Shown here piece by piece: positions 9,957-20,991 of a stretch of 64,000 nt of DNA. Where the stretch lies: contig CAVRAY010000001.1 in NCBI GenBank assembly GCA_963719225.1, positions 1,120,001 through 1,184,000 on the forward strand, read 5' to 3'. Numbering within the stretch: position 1 is the stretch's first letter; every line of letters starts with the position of its first letter. Made by a program: the position numbers and the translations under genes. The stretch comes from Thermoanaerobaculia bacterium. GTDB taxonomy: Bacteria > Acidobacteriota > Thermoanaerobaculia > UBA5066. Under the pieces are notes generated by a model. The model did not search any database and was not told the DNA's origin. It worked only from the letters and a program-made list of their open reading frames with translations.

Positions 9957-11063
9957 TCAGCCGGCCTTCGGCGTCTTCTTCGCCTGCGCCTCGTGCCAGG
10001 CCGCGAGGACCGCGGCTTCCCGCTCGGGCGAAAGGCCGCTCTTCAGCTTGGACGTCCGCTCTTTCGGGAGGGTCTTCCACCAGGCGAGCGTGTCCCGGCA
10101 CGTGTCCTTCAGGGGCCGGAACGACAGGCCCTTGCCTGCGGCCTTCGCGTTGGAGACCTTGTTGCCGCCCGCGTCGTCGCCCGTCGGCGGGAGCCAGCAG
10201 GGGAGATCGCCCCAGGCGTAGACCTTCTGGGAATCGAGGAAGGCGGCGTCGACCCACGTGAACTTCGCGTCGCTCGAGCTCACGGCCTTGCACGTGTCGA
10301 GGAGGGTCCCCACGGGAAGCGGATTGCCGGTCGCGTTGAAGACGCCGACGGTCTTCGTGTCGAGGCATTTCACGATCCACGTCCCGAGGTCGCGGACGTC
10401 GATGAACTGGACCGGGTCCTCGGGCCGGTTCGGGGCGAGGACCTCGCCCCCCTTCGCGACGCGGACGGGCCAGTACGTGAAACGGTCCGTCCCGTCGTCC
10501 GGGCCGACGATGAGGCCGGGGCGGACGTTCGTGACCCGGCCGGGCATCGCGGCCTCCGCCGCCTTCTCGCAGAGCGCCTTGAGCCCGCCGTACGTCTTCT
10601 CGTCGATCTTCTCGACGGTCGGGTCCGGGAGGATCGCGACGGGCCCCGTCTCATCCACGCCGGGCTTCGACAGGTCCGAGAACACCGAGATCGAGGAGAT
10701 GTAGACGTACTGCTTCACGTGCGGGCCGAGGAGGGTCGCGGAGTCCTTCACCTGGCGCGGGAAGTAGCCCGAGGTGTCGACGACCGCGTCCCAGGAGCGG
10801 CCCTCGAGCGATTTGAGATCTCCGTTGCGGTCGCCCTGCAGCTTCTCGAGGTCCGGAAAGAGGCCGGGGTTGGTCTTGCCCCGGTTGAAGAGCGTGATCG
10901 TCCAGCCGCTCTTCTTCGCGGCGTCGACGACCGCGGGGCCGAGGAAGCGCGTGCCCCCGAGGATGAGGAGGGTCTTCTTCGTTTCGGAAAAGGCCGGGAG
11001 CCCGCCGGCGAGCAGGCCCGCGGAGGCGGCCGTTTTCCAGAGGAAATCGCGTCGCGTCGTCAT
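9957..11063 (-). CDS. Tat-exported NAD-dependent epimerase/dehydratase (extended SDR)
   Basis: MTTRRDFL twin-arginine signal; LILGGTRFLG Rossmann fold; YGGLK; AGGAGA SD region. Confidence 0.88.
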   Translation of the reverse strand: MTTRRDFLWKTAASAGLLAGGLPAFSETKKTLLILGGTRFLGPAVVDAAKKSGWTITLFNRGKTNPGLFPDLEKLQGDRNGDLKSLEGRSWDAVVDTSGYFPRQVKDSATLLGPHVKQYVYISSISVFSDLSKPGVDETGPVAILPDPTVEKIDEKTYGGLKALCEKAAEAAMPGRVTNVRPGLIVGPDDGTDRFTYWPVRVAKGGEVLAPNRPEDPVQFIDVRDLGTWIVKCLDTKTVGVFNATGNPLPVGTLLDTCKAVSSSDAKFTWVDAAFLDSQKVYAWGDLPCWLPPTGDDAGGNKVSNAKAAGKGLSFRPLKDTCRDTLAWWKTLPKERTSKLKSGLSPEREAAVLAAWHEAQAKKTPKAG

Positions 11064-11119
11064 GTCCTTTCTCTCCTGTCCGGGGAGATACGGGCGCGCC
11101 CGCGCCCCGGTTGCGCTCT

Positions 11120-11992
11120 TCAGCCGATCCCGTCCTCCAGCATCTGGAGAAGGTAGCGGCCGTAGTCGCTCTTCATCTGCTTCGCGAGCCGGGTCACGTC
11201 GGCCGCCGAGATCCAGCCGGCCTTGTGAGCGATCTCCTCGGGGCACGCGATCTTCAGGCCCTGGCGGGCTTCGATGGCCTGGATGAAGTTCGAGGCCTGG
11301 AGAAGAGCCTCGTGCGTGCCCGTGTCGAGCCAGGCCATGCCCCGGCCGAGGAGCTCGACGTGGAGGTCGCCGGTCTCGAGGTAAGCCCGGTTGACGTCCG
11401 TGATCTCGAGCTCGCCGCGCGGCGAAGGCTTGAGCGCAGCCGCGATGTCGAGCACGCGGTTGTCGTAGAAGTAAAGGCCCGTGACGGCGTAGCTCGAGCG
11501 CGGCTCCTTCGGCTTCTCCTCGAGGCCGATCGCGCGCCCCTTCGCGTCGAACTCCACGACTCCGTAGCGCTCGGGGTCGAGCACGCGGTAGGCGAACACG
11601 GTGGCGCCCGCCGCGCGGGAGGCCGCGCGCTGGAGCATCTCCGGCAGGCCGTGGCCGTAGAACAGGTTGTCGCCGAGGGCGAGCGCGACGCCGTCCTCGC
11701 CCACGAACGAGCGCCCGATGAGGAATGCCTGCGCGAGGCCCTCGGGTTTCGGCTGCGTCGCGTAGGAAATCCGGATGCCGAACTGCGCGCCGTCGCCGAG
11801 GAGGCGCACGAATCCCGTCTCGTCCTCGGGCGTCGTGATGACGAGGATGTCGCGCAGGCCTGCGAGCATCAGCGTCGAGAGCGGGTAATAGACCATGGGC
11901 TTGTCGTAGACGGGGCAGAGCTGCTTGCTGACCGCGAGCGTGAGCGGATAGAGGCGCGAGCCCGACCCGCCCGCGAGGATGATTCCTTTCAC
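11120..11992 (-). CDS. rfbA: Glucose-1-phosphate thymidylyltransferase
   Basis: [42 protein letters not shown]; GTG start overlaps rfbB stop. Confidence 0.96.
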   Translation of the reverse strand: MKGIILAGGSGSRLYPLTLAVSKQLCPVYDKPMVYYPLSTLMLAGLRDILVITTPEDETGFVRLLGDGAQFGIRISYATQPKPEGLAQAFLIGRSFVGEDGVALALGDNLFYGHGLPEMLQRAASRAAGATVFAYRVLDPERYGVVEFDAKGRAIGLEEKPKEPRSSYAVTGLYFYDNRVLDIAAALKPSPRGELEITDVNRAYLETGDLHVELLGRGMAWLDTGTHEALLQASNFIQAIEARQGLKIACPEEIAHKAGWISAADVTRLAKQMKSDYGRYLLQMLEDGIG

Positions 11993-13089
11993 GCGCGGAC
12001 TCCGAGACCGAGACGCTCGCGTCCATAGTTTTCCGCCTGGACGACGGCGCACCACTCCGGGTGATCGACGTACCACCGCACCGTCCGAAGAAGACCTTCT
12101 TCGAATGAGTAAGAGGGGCTCCACCCGAGCTCGCGGCGGATCTTCGAGGCGTCGATGGCATACCGGCGGTCGTGGCCCGGCCGGTCTGGAACGAACGTCT
12201 TCAGTTCCGAATAGCCTCTCAGCACCTTCGAAGAAATCTTTTCCGAGATCTTCTCGTTCTCTTCGAACGGCACGGTTTGCTCCAGCGCCGCACAGAGCGC
12301 GTCGACGACCTGGAGGTTCGTCCTCTCGTTGCCGCCTCCGATGTTGTACTTGCTCCCGGGCGCGCCCCTCTCGAGGACGAAAAGGATGCCCCTGCAGTGG
12401 TCCTCGACGTGGAGCCAGTCGCGTACGTTGCCGCCGTCGCCGTAGATCGGAAGGGGCTTCCCCTCGAGCGCGGTCAGGATCATGAGCGGAATGAGCTTTT
12501 CGGGGAACTGGAACGGCCCGTAGTTGTTCGAGCAGTTCGTGAGGAGAGTCGCGAGGCCGTACGTCTCGCGCCAGGCGCGGACGAGGTGGTCCGCGGCGGC
12601 CTTCGACGCGGCGTACGGCGAGTTCGGGGCGTACGGCGTCTCCTCGGAAAAGAGCCCGCTTTCTCCCAGCGTGCCGTAGACCTCGTCGGTGGAGACGTGG
12701 AGGAAGCGGAAGCGCTCCGCGTCGGCCGGGCGAAGGGCCGAGACGTGGGCACGGGAGGCCTCGAGGAGCTCGTACGTGCCGTTCACGTTCGTTCTGACGA
12801 ACGCCCCGGGCCCGTCGATCGACCGGTCGACGTGCGTCTCGGCCGCGAAGTTCAGGACGGCGCGAGGCCGGTGAGCCTCGAAGACCGCCTTCATAGCGGC
12901 GGCGTCCGCGACGTCCGCCTTCACGAACGCGAAGCGCGGGTGCTTCTCGACGTCCGCGAGGCTCGCGCGGTGACCCGAATACGTCAGCTTGTCGACGACG
13001 ACGACGCGGTCGGGCGTGTCGGCGAGCGCGAGCCGCACGAAGTTCGAGCCGATGAAACCGGCCCCGCCGGTGACGACGATCGACTCCAT
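11989..13089 (-). CDS. rfbB: dTDP-glucose 4,6-dehydratase
   Basis: [49 protein letters not shown]. Confidence 0.96.
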   Translation of the reverse strand: MESIVVTGGAGFIGSNFVRLALADTPDRVVVVDKLTYSGHRASLADVEKHPRFAFVKADVADAAAMKAVFEAHRPRAVLNFAAETHVDRSIDGPGAFVRTNVNGTYELLEASRAHVSALRPADAERFRFLHVSTDEVYGTLGESGLFSEETPYAPNSPYAASKAAADHLVRAWRETYGLATLLTNCSNNYGPFQFPEKLIPLMILTALEGKPLPIYGDGGNVRDWLHVEDHCRGILFVLERGAPGSKYNIGGGNERTNLQVVDALCAALEQTVPFEENEKISEKISSKVLRGYSELKTFVPDRPGHDRRYAIDASKIRRELGWSPSYSFEEGLLRTVRWYVDHPEWCAVVQAENYGRERLGLGVRA

Positions 13090-13159
13090 GCGGCGGCAAG
13101 GATAACGGACTCGGCCGCCGACTGCGCTATCGTCGCGCCTTTCGACCCGGGAGGTGCGC

Positions 13160-14529
13160 ATGAGCGAAACCGGACGGTTCCTGCTGGACGAATCCAGGCT
13201 GCCGAAGGCCTGGTACAACGTGAACGCGGACATGCCGGTGGCGCCGTCGCCGGTCCTGCATCCCGGCACGATGGAGCCCGTCACGCCGGACTTCCTGTCG
13301 GTCCTCTTCCCGATGTCGATCGTGATGCAGGAGGTTTCGCCCGAGCGCTGGGTCGAGATCCCCGAGCCGGTGCGCGACATCTACCGGCTCTGGCGCCCGA
13401 CGCCGATGTGCCGCGCCCTCAGGCTCGAGAAGGCGCTCGACACTCCGGCTCACATCTACTACAAGAACGAGAGCGTGAGCCCCGTCGGCTCACACAAGCC
13501 GAACACGGCGGTCGCGCAGGCCTTCTACAACAAGGAAGCCGGCACGAAGGCGCTGACGACCGAGACCGGCGCCGGGCAATGGGGCTCGGCCCTCGCGATG
13601 GCCTGCAGCTTCTTCGGCCTCGACCTCGAGATCTTCATGGTGAAGATCTCGTATCAGCAGAAGCCTTACCGCCGGTACATCATGGAGAACTTCGGGGCGC
13701 AGGTCTTCGCGAGCCCGACGGACCGGACGCAATTCGGCAGGAAGCTCCGGGCCGAGTCGCCGGACTCGCCGGGCTCGCTCGGGATCGCGATCTCCGAGGC
13801 GGTCGAGGTGGCGGCGACGAGCGGCGGGACGAAGAAGTACAGCCTCGGCTCGGTCCTCGGCCACGTCCTGATGCACCAGACGGTCATCGGGCTCGAGGCG
13901 CTCGAGCAGATGGAGATGGCGGGGGAGTATCCCGACGTCGTGATCGCCTGCGCGGGCGGCGGCTCGAACTTCGCTGGCTTCGCATTCCCGTTCCTTCACA
14001 AGAACCTCACGGAAGGGAAGAGGACGCGGATCGTGGCCGTCGAGCCCGCCTCCTGTCCGACCCTCACGAAGGGGCGGTACACGTACGACTACGGCGACAC
14101 GGCCGCGATGGCGCCCATCGTGAAGATGCACACGCTCGGGCACACGTTCGTCCGCCCGGAATCCACGCGGGCGGCCTGCGCTACCACGGGATGGCGCCCT
14201 CGGTGAGCGCGCTCGTCGCGCACGGCGACATCGAGGCCCGCTCGGCCCGTCAGCTCGAGACGTTCGACGCGGCCGTCCGGTTCTCGAAGGCCGAGGGGAT
14301 CATTCCGGCTCCCGAGTCCGCGCACGCGATCCGCGCGGCGATCGACGAGGCGCTGCGGTGCAAGGACATGGGGGAGAAGAAGGTCATCGCCTTCAACCTC
14401 TCGGGTCACGGCCACTTCGACATGACCGCCTACCAGAGCTATCACGCCGGGCACCTGCAGGACTTCGAGTATCCGGACCACGCCGTCGAGGAGGCGATGA
14501 CGCACCTCCCGAAGGTACCGGGGGCCTGA
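13160..14529 (+). pseudogene. trpB2: TrpB2-like PLP-dependent enzyme with a single -1 frameshift near 14152 (pseudogene or sequencing error)
   Basis: [21 protein letters not shown] in one frame up to LGHTFV; [13 protein letters not shown]...PESAH...FNLSGHG continues in another frame to TGA 14529. Confidence 0.85.
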
Positions 14530-14588
14530 GCCGAGGGCTAGAATCAGGGGCTGACCGAAAATTCTGTCCCTTCATCAAAGGAGATTCC

Positions 14589-15383
14589 ATGAAGAGAGTT
14601 CTCTTGAACGTCCTCGCGGGCGCCGCCCTGGCCGCGGCCCCGGCGCTCGCCCAGTTCGAAGGCGAGGTCGACATGAAGATCACGAGCCAGGGCATGACGG
14701 GCACCGGCAAGGCGTTCGTGTCGAAAATGGGCTCACGAACCGAGATCGACATGCAGACGGCGCAAATGCCCATCCACATGGTCTCGCTCATGAAGTTCGC
14801 GACGCCGGACATCGTCTACCTCATCAACGACAAGGCGAAGACGTACACCGAGATGGACGTCAAGAAGGCCCGGGAGACGACCTCGAAGATGAGGGACAAG
14901 GAGCCTTATACCGCCAAGGTCCTGGGCTCGGAGAAATTGCTCGGCTATTCCACGAAGCACGTCCTTCTCACCCGTGCGGGCGACCGCTCGGAGATGGAGC
15001 TGTGGACGACGAAGGACATTCTCGGCCTGAACTACGAGGCCGTGCGCGGCCTCATGCGGCGCGGCTCGAGCCAGGATGACGGCTCGTTCCTGAAGGCGCT
15101 GAGGGACGCCGGGGCCGACGGTTTCTTCGTGAAGATGGTCACCCGCGAAAAGGGCAAGACCGAGCCCCTGTCGACGATGGAGCTGACGAAGGCCGAAAAG
15201 AAGTCGCTGTCCGCGTCGCTCTTCGAGATCCCGCCCGGCTACACGAAGCAGGAAGGGATGATGGGCGCGGCCGGAGTCGTCTCGCCGGAAGCGGCCGAGG
15301 CGATGCGCAAGGCGATGGAGAACATGACCCCCGAGCAGCGCAGGCAGCTCGAGGAGGCGATGAAGCAGAGGCAGAGAAACTGA
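14589..15383 (+). CDS. Secreted DUF4412-like protein
   Basis: Signal peptide ending ALA-QFEG; G.EK..GY...H, E.W, LFEIPPGY; AAGGAG SD. Confidence 0.75.
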   Translation: MKRVLLNVLAGAALAAAPALAQFEGEVDMKITSQGMTGTGKAFVSKMGSRTEIDMQTAQMPIHMVSLMKFATPDIVYLINDKAKTYTEMDVKKARETTSKMRDKEPYTAKVLGSEKLLGYSTKHVLLTRAGDRSEMELWTTKDILGLNYEAVRGLMRRGSSQDDGSFLKALRDAGADGFFVKMVTREKGKTEPLSTMELTKAEKKSLSASLFEIPPGYTKQEGMMGAAGVVSPEAAEAMRKAMENMTPEQRRQLEEAMKQRQRN

Positions 15384-15433
15384 ACGATTTCGCCACGTCC
15401 CGGGGCCTTGGTGCCCTTGCCTCCCTGATTCTC

Positions 15434-17131
15434 GTGTCCGTGCCTTCCATCCTCGCCGCCGGCGCGCCGCCCCCGGCGCCCGTCGCGTCTCCCGCGGCGC
15501 TCCGGGCGCTCGCCTCGGACTACTACCGGTGGCGGAACGAGGAGTACCCGGTCGCGGCGAGCGACCAGGGCCTGCACGCGGGCGACGCGCGGCTGACGGA
15601 CTGGTCGGCCGCGGCGGTCGCGGCGCGTCGGGAGCACGTGCGAAGCGTTCTGGAGGCGATTCGAGCAGCGAAGACGGCCGCCTGGACGAAGGACGACCAC
15701 ATCGACGCGGTCCTCTTCCGCGCACAGCTGGAAGGAGCCGACCTCTTCGACCGTTTCCTCTCCTTCCACGAGACGAATCCGGGGCTTTACGTCGAGGAGT
15801 GCAGCAACGCCATCTTCTCGCTCCTGAAGAAGGACTACGCGCCGGCACGGACGCGCGCCCTCGCGGCCGCGTCGCGCCTCGAGCGGATGCCCGCCCTTCT
15901 CGCGCAGGGCCGGAAGAATCTGAAGCGCCCCGTGGCGCTCTACGCGCGGCTCGCGATCGCGTCCGCGCGGGGGATGGACGGGCTCTTCAGGGACAGCCTC
16001 ATGACGCTCGCGGGCGGCCTGTCTCCCGCCGAGCACGGGCGGCTCGTGAAGGCTCGGGACGAGGCTCTCGCCGCGCTGGGCTCCTTCGCCGACACCCTCG
16101 AGAAGGACGTGCCGAAGATGGTCGCGTTCGCCCCGATGGGGGAAGGGAACTACAACGAGCTCCTGAAACGCGCGTACCTGCTCCCGATCGACGCGCGGGA
16201 GCTCGCGATGCTCGGCGAGGTCGAGCTCGCGCGCTTCCGCGCTCTCGAGGCGCTCCTCGCGGACCCGTCGATGGCGGATCCCGACCCGGCGCGGGCCGCG
16301 AACGTCCCGAAGGACCAGGAGTCGTTTCTGAGAGCGTACGAAAGCCGGCAGGCGGAGATGATCCGCTTCCTCGGAGAGAAGCGGCTCGTCACGCTGCCCC
16401 CCTCGCTGGGGGTGTTCCGCATCCGCCAGCTTCCGGAGGCGTTCAAGCCGACGAGCCCGGGCGGCTTCATGAACCCTCCCGGCCTCTACGACACGGACAG
16501 CGGGGGCTTCTACTTCATCCCGACGTACGACCCGAAGAGCCGGAACTTCTACATTCGCGCGGCGATCGAGGACCCGCGTCCGATCCTCGGACACGAGGGC
16601 ATCCCCGGGCACTTTCTCCAGCTCTCGATCTCGAAAGGCGTCGCGAGCGAGATCCGGCGCGAGCACTCCGACGGCGTTTTCGTCGAAGGCTGGGCGCTCT
16701 ACGGCGAGGAGATGCTGATGCGGCAGGGCCTTTATGCCGAGGGGTCTGCGGGGCAGGGACAGATCCTGCGCCTCGCGCGCTACCGCGCCGCGCGCATCGG
16801 CGTCGACGTCAACCTCCACACGGGACGCTGGACGTTCGACGAGGCCGTGAAGTCTTTCATGGAGGCGGGCGGTCTGGACCGCGAAGCGGCGGAAGGGGAG
16901 GCCGCGGGCGCCGCCGCGAGCCCGACGCAGAAGATGACCTACATGACCGGCAAGTGGCAGATCATGCGGCTCCTCGGAAAGTGGCGCGAGAAGAAGGGCG
17001 CCGCCTTCCGCCTCGGCGAATTCCACGACGCGCTGCTCGCGAACGGAAGCCTGCCGCTCTCCGTCGTGGAGTGGATCCTCTTCGACGACACGTCGTCGGT
17101 CGAGAAGGCGCTCGGCAACCCGAAGCCCTAG
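15434..17131 (+). CDS. DUF885 family protein (M3-like metallopeptidase fold)
   Basis: HEGIPGHFLQ, FVEGWALYGE, R.ARI.VD..LH, PTQ..TY..G; real start probably upstream (CTG 15380). Confidence 0.9.
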   Translation: MSVPSILAAGAPPPAPVASPAALRALASDYYRWRNEEYPVAASDQGLHAGDARLTDWSAAAVAARREHVRSVLEAIRAAKTAAWTKDDHIDAVLFRAQLEGADLFDRFLSFHETNPGLYVEECSNAIFSLLKKDYAPARTRALAAASRLERMPALLAQGRKNLKRPVALYARLAIASARGMDGLFRDSLMTLAGGLSPAEHGRLVKARDEALAALGSFADTLEKDVPKMVAFAPMGEGNYNELLKRAYLLPIDARELAMLGEVELARFRALEALLADPSMADPDPARAANVPKDQESFLRAYESRQAEMIRFLGEKRLVTLPPSLGVFRIRQLPEAFKPTSPGGFMNPPGLYDTDSGGFYFIPTYDPKSRNFYIRAAIEDPRPILGHEGIPGHFLQLSISKGVASEIRREHSDGVFVEGWALYGEEMLMRQGLYAEGSAGQGQILRLARYRAARIGVDVNLHTGRWTFDEAVKSFMEAGGLDREAAEGEAAGAAASPTQKMTYMTGKWQIMRLLGKWREKKGAAFRLGEFHDALLANGSLPLSVVEWILFDDTSSVEKALGNPKP

Positions 17132-17625
17132 GCTTTCTCGGCCGCGGCGCCGATGCCCTTCTGGTGCAACAGCACGAGCGAGCCCGTGAGAGCCACGATC
17201 AGGACCGTGAGGATGCCGAGCTCCCACGCGAGGTGCTGGAACGAGGCCGACGTCTCCACCTTCAGCTCGGTGAACTGCGCCGTGAGGAGCAGCACGCGGC
17301 GGATCGCCGCGATCAGGCCGACGAGGAGGAAGGGCTCCGGCACGACCCGGTGCTCGCGGAACGAGACCTGGAGCGTGTACAGGAGCTCCACGATGAGCAG
17401 CACGAGAAGGCTCTGGTCGAGGAGCGAGACGATCGAGCCGGGCAGCGTGCCCGCCGCGACGCTCTTCACGAAGGCGACCAGGCTGAACACGAGGAGGACC
17501 GTCGCGCTCGCCCCGAGAAGCAGGCCGAGCCCCACGTAGGCGACGTCCTCCACGAGCGAGAAGCCGCGCGCGATCAGGTTACGGGTCGGCTGCGGACTCG
17601 CTGTCGGCAACCGGTGCTCCGTCAG
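17128..17625 (-). CDS. PsiE-family (phosphate-starvation-inducible E-like) membrane protein
   Basis: LLVLLIVELLYT, EPFLLVGLIAAIRRVLL; start inferred at CTG overlapping the upstream TGA. Confidence 0.8.
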   Translation of the reverse strand: MTEHRLPTASPQPTRNLIARGFSLVEDVAYVGLGLLLGASATVLLVFSLVAFVKSVAAGTLPGSIVSLLDQSLLVLLIVELLYTLQVSFREHRVVPEPFLLVGLIAAIRRVLLLTAQFTELKVETSASFQHLAWELGILTVLIVALTGSLVLLHQKGIGAAAEKA

Positions 17626-18548
17626 ATCGCTTCCGCGGAGGGAAGCGCGGGCGCCTTCGATGCCGCGGCCAGGAACTCCACCGTGCCCGAGATGACCTCG
17701 GGGGCACGCAGGATGCGGTGATGTCCGACCCCTCGCAGCGGAACGAACCGGGCGTTCGGCCACGTCGCGGCGATCGCGCTGCCCTCGCGGAAGGGGACCT
17801 TTGTGTCCTTCCGGTCGTGGTAGACGAGCAGCCTGGCCGTCATCTTGTGCGCGAACGAGATGACCGAGACGTCGTTCCAGCGGATGCCGTAGCGCGTCAG
17901 GAGCCGTCGCTTCATGAAATCGCAGCCCTCCTCCGGCATTCCCAGAAACCGCCCGAAGCGGCCCGGGTAATTCTCCGGCGTCGCCGCGGGCGCGAGGAAA
18001 ACGGCATGGAAAAAGCAGGCGCCGTCGCGTGCCGCGAGCGCCGCCGCTGTCGCTCCAAGGGAGTGCCCGACGATGGCGAACGGGTTGATCACCGCGGCGA
18101 GGGCGCGGACGGACGCGGCGATCTCCGGAAGCGAGCACAGAGTCCTGTCGGAGTTGCCGTGACCGGGAGCATCGAAGGCCACGACCGAGAAGCCGGCGGC
18201 CGTCAAGGGCGGGACGAAGCGCGCGAGACGTCCGGCATGCCCTCCCCATCCGTGGACGAGGAGGACCGTGGGTCCGGTGCCCCATTTCCAGGTCGCGAGC
18301 CGGCCGGCCGGGCCGTCCGCCCAGGAAAGTGTTCCCCCGTCGAGGACGTCCCGCTCGAAGCGCGTCCGGGGGCAGGGGGGAGGCGTCAGGAAGAGCGCTT
18401 CCGCGCGCTCGGCCGCGAGCGAAGGCGCGACTCGTCCGACGAGCCCGAAGACGCCCTTCAGGACGCTTTTCCCCAGCCGCCGCAGCCGGTACCGCCTTGG
18501 GAACCGGATGAGCTGCGGCGTGGAAGACTTTCCTTTCACGCCTCTCAC
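17622..18548 (-). CDS. Alpha/beta hydrolase
   Basis: LLVHGWGG, FDAPGHG, GHSLG nucleophile elbow, HD..D..VP, GHHRIL. Confidence 0.9.
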   Translation of the reverse strand: MRGVKGKSSTPQLIRFPRRYRLRRLGKSVLKGVFGLVGRVAPSLAAERAEALFLTPPPCPRTRFERDVLDGGTLSWADGPAGRLATWKWGTGPTVLLVHGWGGHAGRLARFVPPLTAAGFSVVAFDAPGHGNSDRTLCSLPEIAASVRALAAVINPFAIVGHSLGATAAALAARDGACFFHAVFLAPAATPENYPGRFGRFLGMPEEGCDFMKRRLLTRYGIRWNDVSVISFAHKMTARLLVYHDRKDTKVPFREGSAIAATWPNARFVPLRGVGHHRILRAPEVISGTVEFLAAASKAPALPSAEAI

Positions 18549-18559
18549 GCCGCGGCTAA

Positions 18560-18576
18560 TGCCAGTTCCGGGCCAA
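18560..18576 (-). promoter_or_regulatory. Candidate sigma54 (-24/-12) promoter
   Basis: TTGGCCCGGAACTGGCA has GG and GC at canonical spacing just upstream of the hydrolase. Confidence 0.35.
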
Positions 18577-18602
18577 CCTCAGGGAGCGATGACGCCGGAC
18601 CC

Positions 18603-20255
<1,653 letters not shown>

Positions 20256-20258
20256 GGC

Positions 20259-20678
20259 TCAGGAAGTCCCGATCACGTCGAGCCCGCAGGCGCGGGCCGC
20301 GCGGGCCAATGCGAGGTCGTGCGTGGTGAAGATGACGGGCTCCGCCTCGACTTCCTGCCAGAGGAGGGCCGTCGAAAGATGGAGGGCGTCGAGGGTTCCG
20401 AGGACGGTGGGAAGAGGCTGAGCGGCTCGCTCGAGGATTGCCGGAACCAAATCGACGAGAACGAAACTCCTGAGCAGGCGAAAGACCGCCTCCCGCCGGA
20501 CCGCCAGCTCTTCGTCGGGGAAATCCTCTTCGAGGCGCACGCGGTCCAGAGTCCTCAAACACTCCACTCGTGTCAGAGCGCTCGTGATCGAATGACCGGG
20601 CTCGACCGATCCGGCCAGCGCTCCTCGCTGACCGAGCACCGCCCTCAGGACGACCGAAGAATCGACGTAGCGAATCAC
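20259..20678 (-). CDS. vapC: PIN-domain (VapC-like) toxin
   Basis: YVDSSV, E, LGTLDALHL, T.D acidic PIN residues; coupled to antitoxin. Confidence 0.88.
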   Translation of the reverse strand: MIRYVDSSVVLRAVLGQRGALAGSVEPGHSITSALTRVECLRTLDRVRLEEDFPDEELAVRREAVFRLLRSFVLVDLVPAILERAAQPLPTVLGTLDALHLSTALLWQEVEAEPVIFTTHDLALARAARACGLDVIGTS

Positions 20679-20938
20679 CGGTGGCTTTGCCGCTCCTCCA
20701 GAAGAATTTCCACGATGTCGCGCTTCGTCTTCAGAGGGGGCGGCAGCTTCACCCTGCCCGGCGGAGGCACACCGGGCTCGGGCCGGTGGACCACGAGTAC
20801 TTCCCGCTTCTCTTCGACCGGGACGAGGCGCGCCACGGGGATGTCCCGGTTTGTGACCGTCACGGTCCTCCCGCGTCGCGCGAGGCGCACGTAATGTGAA
20901 AGCCGCGCCTTCAGGTCCGCGATGGAAACGCTGCTCAT
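20675..20938 (-). CDS. Phd/YefM-family antitoxin
   Basis: VSIADLKARLSHYV...RG..V.VT.R..PVARLVP. Confidence 0.9.
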   Translation of the reverse strand: MSSVSIADLKARLSHYVRLARRGRTVTVTNRDIPVARLVPVEEKREVLVVHRPEPGVPPPGRVKLPPPLKTKRDIVEILLEERQSHR

Positions 20939-20991
20939 GACCAGATCATAGTCCTTTCTAGTCATCCGGCGCAGCAAGATTCCCCGTCCCC

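Noticed and set aside
14140-14165. Programmed ribosomal frameshift in trpB2
   Set aside because: No slippery sequence visible and no precedent known to me; a simple indel is more parsimonious.
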